Of a DNA stretch of 64,000 nt, positions 27,947 to 42,288 are shown piece by piece. Where the stretch lies: contig OX597821.1 in NCBI GenBank assembly GCA_951406725.2, positions 15,376,001-15,440,000 of the forward strand, given 5' to 3'. Below the pieces are notes generated by a model, which worked only from the letters and a program-made list of their open reading frames with translations, was not told the DNA's origin and did no database searches. Origin of the DNA: Octopus vulgaris (lineage: Eukaryota). Positions within the stretch are counted from its first letter, which is position 1. Every line of letters begins with the position of its first letter. The position numbers were made by a program, and so were the translations under genes.

Positions 27947-28268
27947 CGAGTGTGTTTATACATATATATGAGCCCGCAACTTTTCCGAGAGACGCAGTGG
28001 GTTGCCCTTATGTTATACAATGTATCTGGTATATTAAATCTGCCAGCACCTATTTCGTTCCAAGTCTGACGAGGGCCAACTTCATTTGGAGAGAACGCAA
28101 AAGCGAACGAAAGGCAAGAATTAGAGACAAAAAAATCAAACCCTGGTTTTCAATCGGTAGTTCAGATCTGAACTCAAAGTGCGGAGTTCCACAACTCTAA
28201 TACTATATCCAACGTTCTAACGTGTTTTCCCAAAACCCTACGCGCATGCACGCATGCACGCATACAGG

Positions 28269-28309
<41 letters not shown>

Positions 28310-28331
28310 GCGTACGTGCCTCCATTAAAAA

Positions 28332-28372
<41 letters not shown>

Positions 28373-29614
28373 GCAGCACTATCTCGTATAACGAATAAAA
28401 TGTTGCATCGTTTTGAGGGGTGCAAAAAATTATCATGAGTTTCTTTTTCTTTTTTGCTGAAATAAATATAAATTGAATTAAAATACAATACTCTTCAAAG
28501 TCCCTACATGTATAGAAAACTCCATTGACCAAATGTATGCAATTCAATAAAAACATATGTACATACTTTATAAAGAAAATTTCTTTTGAAGACACACATA
28601 CTTTAATTTATGCAACAAGCAAGAAATATGAGACAATAAATATGTTACCATTGGTTTCTCTTAGATTTTTATTATAAAACATACTACGAATGCTTACGTC
28701 TCGATGCTTTTTTTTCTTTCTTGTTTATTACAAACTTCTACAGCGTTCCTATGTATATTTATTTTCGTCATTACGGTTCTGTTCGTGTTCGTGCTCTGTT
28801 CATAATTTAGATAGTTTTCTGAAAACTTGTTCTAAAGCACGAGAGATGTCGCTAATGACTGAAGATAATATTTCTTTTTCGAAACCTGTTTCATGGTGAT
28901 AATAGTGATGGTGTAATCACTCTTTAGCTCTCAGAACTAGACAGAAGCTTTGGTGTTAAATTAAATCTTGAAGATCATCATAGGTGATGCTCGCGTTATC
29001 AGCGTGCATTAACTTCACGACAATAAACTTCTTCAAATCCCAATACTTGTGACATTTATATAAGACCATTGCTAGTTTAATGTGTTTCATTCTCTTTTCT
29101 CTGATCTTCTGTAACTATATGTGAACACAATTTTTACCAAACCGAATGAAATAAGTATTTTAAATTCAGTCTAGGTATTATTAATATTATTTTATCACTT
29201 GCATAGTGTTGAAATTTACAAAAAATTGTTTAACAAATAGATAGCCTTCAAAACTGGTACATAGACGCCAGCTTGGAAATTCTGTTTTGTAGAATGAAAA
29301 TAACTTACACAGCTGCAGAGCTCAAAATTATTCTTCTCTCTGTAACTTTCGACAGCAGGAGAGAAATATTGAACGAAACATTCAATAAACAAATCCCATG
29401 TAACTAGTTTGCTCTCATAGGTTTCAATTACAATAAACCGACTAAATTTGGAAACACCATTCCTTGCTCTTGGAATATCAGAATGATAAAGAAACAATAC
29501 TTACGTTTCAAGACTCCAAAGTCATTTGCTCGCAATAACTATGTGAGGCGATTTATTTTTCGGGTTTATATTAAAATAATTTTGCACCTCTTTTTATAAA
29601 TAACTTTTAATATC

Positions 29615-29687
29615 ATGGAAAGCTGCTAAGTTACTAGATATTAAACACACCAACACCGGTTGTCAAGCGGTGGTGGGGTAAATCACA

Positions 29688-29725
<38 letters not shown>

Positions 29726-29875
29726 TATAACCAACTGTTTTTCAATTTTCAACTACTAAGTCCACTCACGAGGTTTTAACAAAACGCATTTGCCCAAAAT
29801 TCCACGCGGGAGGACTTAAACTAGAGCCAAGTTGCTGGAGATCAAACTTCTTACCACAGAACCACGTTTGAGCCT
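29615..29875 (-). mobile_element. SINE family A, degenerate
   Basis: aaacacaccaacaccggttgtcaagc...tccactcac...aaacttcttaccaca. Confidence 0.7.
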
Positions 29876-30226
29876 ATAATAGTATTGAATAAATTAAAAA
29901 GTTACTACGCTTAAAATTTAGAAAACGCTACCCAAGTAAGGCAACATAGCAGCAGCAACTACTAAAAAATGTCAAAGCAAACCAATTGCGATTTACTGAT
30001 TTCTGATCTTGGATTTTTTGCTCCTTCGCTCTATCAGAGCAACTAAATGGTTCCCGAGAAGACACAAGTTTAAGTGCATAATTCCAAGGGTGGGGAAGTA
30101 ATAAGCATTACTTTTACACGTCATTTTAACAGATAAATGCTGCATTCAAAAGCTTCGCTATAATACGGTTCCATTTATAAAGAAACACGTAAAATAAAGA
30201 ATTGTTACGCAAAGATACATATGCAT

Positions 30227-30264
<38 letters not shown>

Positions 30265-30466
30265 GTTGAATCGTTAGCTCCTGCACGCATTTTTTTCTCT
30301 CCTTGTTTCTCTCCGTGTTTCTTTTCTGTGTATCTTTCTGTTGAAGAGCGTAGGCTCGAAATGTAAAAGACTTGTTTTATTTTTATTCCTGAGCGCCATA
30401 CTAATACAATTGTTTGTTGGTACTCCACCTGCCTTCGTCTTTTGTTTATTTTCGTAAAGCTACCCG

Positions 30467-30468
<2 letters not shown>
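30265..30468 (+). mobile_element. ~200-bp (TA)n-flanked element with a hammerhead-like motif (30333-30370)
   Basis: tcttt-CTGTTGA-a-gagc-gtag-gctc-GAAA-tg-TA-aaaga; homologous to the 18965 copy. Confidence 0.65.
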
Positions 30469-30510
<42 letters not shown>

Positions 30511-31800
30511 TTGAATCCATGCAGACATCCATTTATATATGTGTTTGTATTGTAAACATTAGGTGTATGTCATAAAATCGAGATCCCTTATTGACTTAAC
30601 ACTTCACTTTATTTTATAGCAATGCACTCATAATCAATCAGCATTTTATTAAAAAGCAAGATGTTTTATTAAATTCTTCGACACTTAACTGGAAAACAGC
30701 TATATTAAAACTTCTAACATACAAAAGTAACCATAAAAAATAAATAAAGGAAACTATCAAATATATCGGTATAAACCACAATTTGTTTAAAAAATTAAGT
30801 ATATATCTTTGACAAAATATAATTGTTATATTTAGATATGTTAATTTATTTTTGATTGTGTTCTGTTGCCGTCCGGTACATGTGATCCGAATCCGCTGCA
30901 TTGATGCTCTTATAAACGCATACATTCGCCTCCATTATTATCTAAATCGTCTCTGTTTATAAGCGTATTTGGTTGCTTCTCTATAATTTAGAAGCGAATA
31001 ATGTTTTAATAGGTCACGTAAACACGACCTTTGTGTTTTATGATTTGCTTTTGTGTTGCATACAGATACACATGTGTATGTATGTTTTTCAATGCTTATA
31101 TTTATGTATGAGAAATGGTTGGCAACACTTTTATAGAGGATAGCATTTTCTGGAACATTCTTTTACAATAGAAATGCACTGTTGCGATTGGTATTTTTAC
31201 ATAGTTCCATTTCAACCCTGATCCAGGAGATCTACGAGCGAAAATAATCCGGTATTGACCTCCTCTCTTTTAAGAGAGAGATGTGAAATTACATTTCCCA
31301 AAGCGTCTGACATATTTTAGATAGGTGGGTATGTCTTAAAGTAGATTTAGGTGATATTCGCTGCTGGTGGGGCGACCAAGCTCTACTTACACCACTATGG
31401 TGATGGTGGTAAAAAAAATGATGATGATGATAGTGGTGGTGATGACGGCGACAAGGATGACGATGACCACAATGAAAACAATGGCAACGACAAGCATAAT
31501 GATGATGATTGTAATGAATTTCAAATATCTTCTCTTGACATCCTACCAAGTGCGTAGTGATATAATTCATCTCAGCTACAGAGAAACATTAAAACCATTA
31601 ATGCAATGTTTGAAAGGCGATCATAAAAGACATATTCCTATGGATGGAATCTATCGAATAAAAATCTGAAATCAGCAAAATTTACACGGGATATTCATAA
31701 CCATACAAACACTCAACAATAAACCTTAAATAAGTGCCGAAGAAGGGGCAACAACCCCCACCACCGAAATATGGTATATACACTCAAAACCTACTTTATA

Positions 31801-31972
31801 GGCGCAGAAGTGGCTGTGCGGTAAGTATTTTGCTTACCAACCATAGGGTTCAGGATTCAGTCCCATTGTCTGGCACCTTGGGCAAGTGTCTTCTACTATA
31901 GCCTCGGGCCGACCAAAGCCTTTTGTGTGGATTTGGTAGACGGAAACTGAAAGAAGCCCGTCGTATATATAT

Positions 31973-32022
<50 letters not shown>

Positions 32023-32350
32023 AATAATATAATACATTTAATATATTACATTTAATTCATTAATAGCGAAACAATTGTCCCAAAATAATCTGTATTTGTG
32101 TTATTTTTTATTTGCCCTGTCCGTGTGAGCTAACAGTCGTACTGGCTTTCATGGGAAACATGTATTCTCGTGGTTGAAACCTTTTGGATTAACTGGTGCT
32201 AGAGTGATCAATATAGTGACCTACTTGGCTTACAAAGAATAAGTCCTGCGATAAAATATTATAATAATCCAGGTTTCTCGTAGCACTAGGCCACTTGGTG
32301 TGGAATAAATATACTATTAAATTAGTATCTAATTCTCTCACCCTTATTAA

Positions 32351-32419
<69 letters not shown>

Positions 32420-32574
32420 TACGTCCCCTTAATCTAGCGGTTCGGCAAAAGGGACCTATAGAATAAGTACTTGGCTTACAAAGAATAAGTCCTGCGGTCG
32501 ATTTGCTCGACTAATGGCGGTTTTCCAGCATGGCCGCAGTCAAATGACTGAAACAAATAAACGAGTAAAAGAGT
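31801..32574 (+). mobile_element. SINE family A split by a ~340-bp insert at its internal (TA)n
   Basis: Head 31801-31980, tail 32415-32574. Confidence 0.8.
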
Positions 32575-32964
32575 ATATATTTACCCGCGCCCATATAAGT
32601 GCTTGCATTTATAAATGTGTGCGTCCTTGTATGTATGTGCTTGCATGCGTATATGTGTGCTAGTATCAGATCACAATCAAGTGCCGATTTATGAGCACAA
32701 AAAAGAAAGCAAAACGAAAAAAAACTGAATATAGCCCCAAAATCAGTCGATCTCATAACTGTAAGGATAAAGGCAAGGCAGGAGAAGGCACCAATCAGAG
32801 TAATTTGAAATGATCGAACAATACAATATATTTCAGATGCAGCTAAATAAGCTGTTTCCAAGTCACCAAACTCCTATTCCGCTCAGCTAACACTCATTTC
32901 AAATTTTACCCGTCGTGCTAACGATTCTGCCAGCTGGCCACATTATTCTTATGTTAAATTCTAT

Positions 32965-33520
32965 CAACTATAGACACAGGCCTGGACTTTTGAAAAAGAG
33001 GATAGTGGATTACACCGACCCCAGTACTCATTTTATTGAGCCCCGAGAAGATGAAAGGCAAAGCCGTCCTCGGCGGAATTTGAATTCAGAACATGCAGAC
33101 AGATGAAATATTGCTTAGCATTTTGCTTGGCGTGCTAAAGATTCTTATTTCTTTATAGCCCACAAGGGGCTAAACATAGAGGGGACAAACAAGGACAGAC
33201 AAACGGATTAAGTCGATTACATCGACCTCAGTGCATAACTGGTACTTAATTTATCGACCCCGAAAGGATGAAAGGCAAAGTCGATCTCGGCGGAATTTGA
33301 ACTCAGAACGTAACAGCCGACGAAATACCGTTAAGTATTTTAAAGGAGGGCCTAGGCCCATCACGTCGACTGTAGTGTTGAACTGGTACTTCTTTTGTCG
33401 ACACCGAGAAGATGAAAGGCAAAATCGACCACGGCGGAATTTGCACTCAGAACGTGAAAACTTACGAAATGCCGCTAAGCATTTTGCCTGGCCTGCTAAT
33501 GAATCTTCCTGCTCACCACT
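32965..33520 (-). mobile_element. Cluster of three SINE B copies
   Basis: gatgaaaggcaaa.tcga...cggcggaatttg.a.tcagaac occurs three times. Confidence 0.88.
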
Positions 33521-33623
33521 ACTTTGCTCTTATGTATATTAACTTTAAAATTTCGGTAGCTTCTATCACGAATCATTTACTGCGCATGTGTGACTGTCCA
33601 TTTGCTGAAAAACAGATTCATCG

Positions 33624-34243
33624 CATTATTTACATTCGACGAATATTTTTCCTCATCTCGTTTCTTGTTAAAACAACGTTTCGGCTGATATACCCTCCAG
33701 CCTTCTTCGGGTGTCTTGGGGAAGTTTTGAACCTGGGTCCTCAATTCTAAGGTATTTTTCGATGTTGTTGTTGTTATTATTATTATTATTAATATTATTG
33801 TTATTGTTCAGGACACTGTTTGGAATCGAACTCGGAATCTTGGGGTTTGTCGCCCGCGCTCGTAACTACTACGGCATATTCCCGTGAGCAATTATGGAGT
33901 GAATTTTAGGCGTATTGGTTAAGAGCGCGGGCTACTAACCCCAAGATTCCGAGTTCATTCCAAGCAGTGACCTGAACAATAACAATAACAATAATAATAA
34001 TAATAATAATAACAATAATAATAATAATAATAATAATAGCATCAACAACAACAATAATAATAATAACAACATTGAAAAATACCTTAGGAATGAGGACCCA
34101 GGATCAAAATTTCCCCAAGACACCTGATGAATGCTGGAGGGTATATCAGCCGAAACGCTGTGTTAACAACAAATAAGATGAGGACAAATATCCGTCGAAT
34201 GTAAATAATGTACATAATTCCTCATCTCTTAAATATAGAGCTG
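33624..34243. mobile_element. Family D: head-to-head inverted pair of tRNA-head/(AAT)n/hammerhead units
   Basis: Minus arm about 33624-33883, plus arm about 33909-34243; same organisation as 37268-37760. Confidence 0.88.
34119..34164 (+). ncRNA. Type I hammerhead motif, mutated copy
   Basis: gacac-CTGATGA-a-tgctg..cagcc-GAAA-cg-CT-gtgtt; U16.1>C, probably inactive. Confidence 0.65.
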
Positions 34244-34583
34244 ATTCATCCCATTCACAACACATATAAAAACTTATTTTAAATGACATGTCCACAACTC
34301 CGTCTCTAACGAACGTATAATAAGCAATAACATTTCGCCACTCATGACAACGACATGTCATCGGCTCATAGCAGCTGCAAATTCAGGGAGCATGAGACGA
34401 AGGATCATTCATAAAATGTAGTCACACAACACAGGAGGAACACGAGCTTCATGCAACACATAGCAACATTCTATTCACAAAACATAGCTACGCACATTCG
34501 CACAAATGTACAGTTACACGACATATGCAACAAACACGGCATAGCAACATACCCAGCAAGGAGTACGTTCGCAAAATATATAT

Positions 34584-34808
34584 ATTTCTTTACTACCCAT
34601 AAGGGGCTAAACACAGAGGGGACAAACAAGGACAGACAAACGGATTAAGTCGATTACATCGACCCCAGTGCGTAACTGGTACTTAATTTATCAACCCCGA
34701 AAGGATGACAGGCAAAGTCGACCTCGGCGGAATTTGAACCCAGAACGTAACGGCAGACGAAATACGACCACGCATTTCATCCTTTCGGGGTCGATAAATT
34801 AAGTACCA
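34584..34808 (-). mobile_element. SINE B, 5'-truncated with a short inverted segment
   Basis: Minus copy 34584-34775, then plus-orientation catcctttcggggtcgataaattaagtacca. Confidence 0.85.
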
Positions 34809-35530
34809 TGTGTTGTGAACGTTGTGTTGCTATGTTTTGTGACTGTTACGTTGCTACGTATTATGTCATTGCAGGGTTGTTATTTTTTGCGAACGTAACA
34901 ACCCTGCAATGACATAATACGTAGCAACGTAACAGTCACAAAACATAGCAACACAACGTTCACAACACATGTACCATGTTTAAAACATAAAATGGAAATA
35001 AAAAAAACAAAAACAAACACGAAACACACAATTACAACGCATAGAAACGGCACATACACAACGCACAAAAGTGCCACATTCACTGCCTCGTAAAACACCC
35101 ACATTCACAACATTCATACCATACAGAAAGGAGCGCTACATTTACATGTAGCACAGCTGATCAGTCACAGGAAACATTCATAATACGCAACAAACACCAT
35201 GTAGCAACATACCCAGCAAGGAGTACGCTCGCAAAATATATCAACCCTGCAATGACATAATACGTAGCAACGTAACAGTCACAAAACATAGCAACACAAC
35301 GTTCGCAACACATGTAGCAATACCATGTTTAAAACATAAAATGGAAATAAAAAAAACAAAAACAAACACGAAGCACAAAATTACAACGCATAGAAACGGC
35401 ACATACACAACGCACAAAAGTGCCACATTCACAGCCTCGTAAAACACCCACATTCACAACATTCATAACATACAGAAAGGAGCGCTACATTTACATGTAG
35501 CACAACTGATCAGTCACAGGAAACATTCAT
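34808..35530. repeat. 343-bp tandem duplication preceded by an inverted partial copy
   Basis: caaccctgcaatgacataatac at 34899 and 35242; reverse complement at 34808-34881. Confidence 0.9.
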
Positions 35531-36253
35531 ATTTCTCACTAAACGCACACACAACACATACGGATAAACTAATATCCATACGCTCATATGTTCACCCTGA
35601 CATACAAACGAACGTACACACTCATAAACAAATAAGTAGGCGATCTTATTTAAAACCTTGGTGAACTTATCAAAATAGACTTTCACATAAAATCACTGAA
35701 AATAGTAAATATAGCCATACGAATGCTGATATTTTCCCCTACTCACAGAACTTTCAGTGCGGACACGATGACACACTGCACACATAAAAGGAAGCACTAC
35801 TACAAAAACAGAAAAAGCGCGCACACACGCACACAGAGACACACACGCACACACAAATATACACACACGCGCTTGCGCGCACTCTCTCGCGCAAGCGCCC
35901 TGCGTGTAAATCAGATGGCATGCAGCAATGAATTGGCAAGGAGCGGATGATACAGAAAAGGCACATGTTAATTGGAGGTGGGGGAGGGGAAAGAGGAGGA
36001 AGGAAACAGGTATGTACATTGTATCTGAACCGCCACCACCACCACCACCACTACTATTACTACTACCACCACCACCACCACTACTACCACTACTATTACT
36101 TCTATTACCACCACCACCATCACCACTACGGCAGTTAACACTGTTTCCTTTATTAATCATTACTTCTACTATTATCACTTTTGGTACTATTCTAGTAATA
36201 CTACAAATACATTCCGCTTCTACCTGCTTTCCGTCTCTCAGTGCGCGCATGCG

Positions 36254-36284
<31 letters not shown>

Positions 36285-36499
36285 TAATAGATAAAACATA
36301 TGCATATATATATACATATATGTACGTACCTACCTCTACATGTATATATACACGCATGACACCCAAAAAACGTCGAACACAATGAGAAACGAAAACATAG
36401 ACACAGACACAAGGAACTGGACATTTTTCTTGAACAACAAAAAAAATAGAGTACAGGACAAATAACACAAGGAAAAAACCCCTTCTTCAGTCGCCATGG

Positions 36500-36551
<52 letters not shown>

Positions 36552-36592
36552 GCACACATATATACAAATACCTACACACACACACACACACA

Positions 36593-36647
<55 letters not shown>

Positions 36648-37267
36648 GTGCATGCACATTCATATATATGCATGCATACACACACATATCCACATCTATA
36701 TCTCACAGTGTTTCACTCTCACTTTCGCCCTCTTTCTTCCTCCTTTCCAGTCCACATTCTCATTCTCAAGGCTCGATTACAAGCCTATACACAACCAAGC
36801 ATAGCTAACATACGTCACTTGTTCGACTACCATTCTGTTTTATAGTAAGACAGTGAGTCGTTGAAAATATCGATCAGATGGTGACGAAATTCAATCAGGT
36901 AGCAGGTCAATCGATACAAGGAGCAATGTTTAGCCCCGCCCTACCACAAAAATCACCCACAATGCTGTGTTCGACGCAGAATCAATATCGAGACAAGTCG
37001 CCGAGTTTGTACAGAATAGAGATTGACTTGACTACATACTACAGAGCAACAGTGGAGTAATCGGATGAGAGACGTTTGGTAGCTGTGATAGAAGTATAAA
37101 TGCTATTTTTTTTTATTAACACGTATCTATGTGAGTGTGTGTGTGTGTGTCTGCATATATAAGCACACATACATACACACACCTATCGGATGAGGCACTT
37201 GAGTCGACAGAGTGTGCACCACGCGCACAAATAATTTAGCCTTACACCTACATACAAAATAATTTTT

Positions 37268-37410
37268 TACATTATTTACAATCGATGGATATTTGTCCTC
37301 ATCTTGCTGTTAACACATTTCGGCTGATATACCCTCCAGCCTTAATCAGGTGTCTTGGGGGAAATTTCGAACCCGGGTTCTCAGTCCTAAGGTATTTTTC
37401 GATGTTTGTG

Positions 37411-37480
<70 letters not shown>

Positions 37481-37760
37481 TCACTGCCCACGGGTATATG
37501 GCGTAGTGGTTAAGAGCGTGAGCTAGTAACACCACGATTCCGAGTTCGATTCCAGACAGTGACCTAAATAGTAATGATGATGATGATATTAATAATAATA
37601 ATAGTAATGACAATAAACATCGAAAAATACCTTAGGAATGAGAACCCAGGTTCGAAATTTCCCCAAAACACCTGATGAAGGCTGGAGAGTATATCAGCCG
37701 AAACGTTGTGTTAACAACAAACAAGATGAGGACTTCCTCATCTCTTAAATAATAAAACTG
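37268..37760. mobile_element. Family D second locus: inverted 5'-truncated arm plus a full tRNA-head/(AAT)n/hammerhead arm
   Basis: A box tggcgtagtgg and B box gagttcgattcc at 37499-37553; minus arm 37268-37488. Confidence 0.88.
37667..37712 (+). ncRNA. Type I minimal hammerhead ribozyme motif, intact core
   Basis: aacac-CTGATGA-a-ggctg-(10 nt)-cagcc-GAAA-cg-TT-gtgtt; palindromic AACGTT helix III; predicted cleavage after 37707. Confidence 0.8.
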
Positions 37761-38159
37761 TATTAAAATAATTTTTATTTTAATTCATTCAATTAGAGAA
37801 AATATCTTCAATGTCTCGTGGTTTAACATAGGAGATTAATAACTGATAAAAAAATCGTCCTTGGCGTCTACGTGCTGCCCTAAACTAGGAAACCATTTGC
37901 CATTTTACCTGAACCGCACCCGAAATACGTTTATCTTCACTTGTGATTTTTTGTTTTTTTCCTGGTGTTGTTTTCTCTCGGATTTGCGTTCTGAATTCAA
38001 ATGCTACCGCGGTCGACATTGAACTTATCATTTTGGCTTCGATCAAATAAGTGATAGTTAAACACTGGAGTCGACTTACTCGACTAGAAACACTCCTTGC
38101 TCCCTCAAAATTTCAGACTTTGTGAGTATAAGTAGAAAGGATTCTTTGTGTTGCTGTCG

Positions 38160-38375
38160 AAGGCGGTGAGCCAGCAGAATCATTATCGTGTTGGAGAAAA
38201 TGTTTAGCGTCATTTCTTCCGGCTTTCGGTCCTGAGTTCAAATGATACCAATATCGAATTTGTTTTTCATCATTTCGGGACGGATAAAATAAATACCAGT
38301 TGTGCACGGGAACGATGTAATTGACCTCCACTTTCCCTCAGAATTGCTGGCCTTGTGCCAATATTCCAAAGGATT
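38160..38375 (+). mobile_element. SINE B, diverged (further relics at about 37975-38140 plus and 38645-38855 minus)
   Basis: aggcggtgagccagcagaatc...ctgagttcaaat...ggccttgtgcca. Confidence 0.8.
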
Positions 38376-39368
38376 ATTTCTCCTGTTGTACTTGACGCTC
38401 AAATATTTGCTGAAAAGGTTTCTAGTGTAATGCGGTGTTTTGGAATTTGCTGCAGCGTTTATCTCTGCTGCCATTTCCCATGGATATTCCAACTGCACAT
38501 CTAAAACGTCGAACTCTATAATTAATTCCCTGTTTGAATAAATTATTAAAATCCTATTACGTATCGCTATTAACCGTATGTTTTCTAAGTTCAAGGTTAA
38601 TGAACTTTCTTGCTATACTTTTTCCTACTGAGGTCGATCAAATAGTTTCAAATTTTGATACAAAGCCAGTAAATTTAGAGGAGTGGTAAGTTGATTACAC
38701 CAATCTCACTGCTGAACTGGTAGTTATTCAATCCACTCCGAAGGTATGGCACGCGAAATCGACCTCGGGAAAATATGAACTCAGAATTTAAAGAGCCGGA
38801 ATAAAGGCTGCTAAGCATTTTGCCCAACATACTAGTAATCTTGCCTGCTCACTGCGTAAATGAAGCGTTTAAAATAAATCCTGCCCAGTAGTGAGACTTA
38901 TTAAGCAGACATTGATGGGCATGTGTGCTTTTGTTCCGAATAAAAACGATTATTGACAATAATGAGGATTGGTAAAAATGCTAGAGCGTCGTATTAATTC
39001 TTTATAGTAATTACTTCCGTCATTCTTCATTTTTATTTGAAATCAATCCAGTATCGATAACATTAGTATGAACCATAAATAGGATTCAATCCATTCTCAT
39101 AGAAATTTCTGGTTTCGTGATAATGTAAGAAGACATTGCTAATCTTGTTTAATTTGACAGAAACTCTAAAGGACCGGAAAAAATAACATGTAGGATTAAG
39201 TTACTCGCTTCAGATGCTAAGTTCAGATTCTAATTTAACCACGCTGCAGAGCTGTTGCTTAGCAAAACATAAGACACAAAAAAGACATCGGATGTCGTGA
39301 ATCAGTAGTGCTACCAGACACAACGCCCGTTGTCAGGTGATGCACGACTACATACATAGGTACATAAA

Positions 39369-39369
<1 letters not shown>

Positions 39370-39424
<55 letters not shown>

Positions 39425-39626
39425 CATACATATATATATATATTATATATATATACATACATATACATACATATATATATATATTATATATATATACATA
39501 CATATATATATATACATATACATACATATATATATATACATATACATACATATATATATATATATATATACATATACATACATATATATATATATGTATG
39601 TATATGTATATATATATATATGTATG

Positions 39627-39658
<32 letters not shown>

Positions 39659-39784
39659 AATATATATATATATATATGTATGTATATATATATATATGTA
39701 TGTATATGCATATATATATATATATGTATGTATATATATATATATATGTATGTATATGTATATATATATATATGTATGTATATG

Positions 39785-39815
<31 letters not shown>

Positions 39816-39886
39816 ATATATATATGTATGTATATGTATATATATATATGTATGTATATGTATATATATATATGTATATATATATG

Positions 39887-39917
<31 letters not shown>

Positions 39918-39922
39918 GTATG

Positions 39923-39957
<35 letters not shown>

Positions 39958-40046
39958 GTATATGTATATATATATGTATATATATATATATGTATATGTA
40001 TATATATATGTGTGTGTGTGTTTATATATATATGTATATATGTATA

Positions 40047-40087
<41 letters not shown>

Positions 40088-40131
40088 GTATATATATGTA
40101 TATATATATGTATATATATACATATATATAC

Positions 40132-40191
<60 letters not shown>

Positions 40192-40260
40192 GTATATATA
40201 TGTATATATATATATATGTATATATATATATGTATATATATATGTATATATATATATATA
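39370..40260. repeat. Compound (TA)n/(TACA)n/(TATG)n tract
   Basis: Direct inspection. Confidence 0.97.
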
Positions 40261-41861
<1,601 letters not shown>

Positions 41862-41873
<12 letters not shown>

Positions 41874-41926
41874 GAACATAGACGTATTTGATGCGTTAAG
41901 TGTGAAATCACAGGTGATATAGAACT
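41862..41926 (+). ncRNA. Type I hammerhead ribozyme motif, intact core
   Basis: agttcta-CTGATGA-acat..gacgtat-ttg-atgcgtt..gtgt-GAAA-tcac-ag-gtga-TA-tagaact; 7-bp helix I; predicted AUA cleavage after 41919. Confidence 0.82.
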
Positions 41927-42179
41927 AAATTCATTTTTTAAATGTCTTGCTTCGAAAACTGCATTTGGGTACGATTAGTTAAATTTTGGTAGTAATGACT
42001 TATGTCCCTCTTAGCGCGAGGCATTTATGTGTAATAATGCCCTCTATACAATATAAATTAATATTTTCAAAAGAAAAAAATATTTTCGAATTTTTTTTCT
42101 CTTAGGAGGTTTTTCACGCTAACTACCTGATAATTTCTTGTTAAGATTCCTTATTAAGAAGTTATCCTTAATTGTTAAT

Positions 42180-42288
<109 letters not shown>

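Noticed and set aside
29216-29497. 93-aa minus-strand ORF with a GTAAGT inside
   Set aside because: No recognisable domain or acceptor; compatible with chance.
33909-33975. tRNA gene calls for SINE and family D heads
   Set aside because: A/B boxes are present but there is no complete acceptor stem, and each is embedded in a repeat.
35155-35182. ctgatcagtcacaggaaacattc as a hammerhead in the 343-bp unit
   Set aside because: The core is CUGAUCA with no helix II or helix I pairing.
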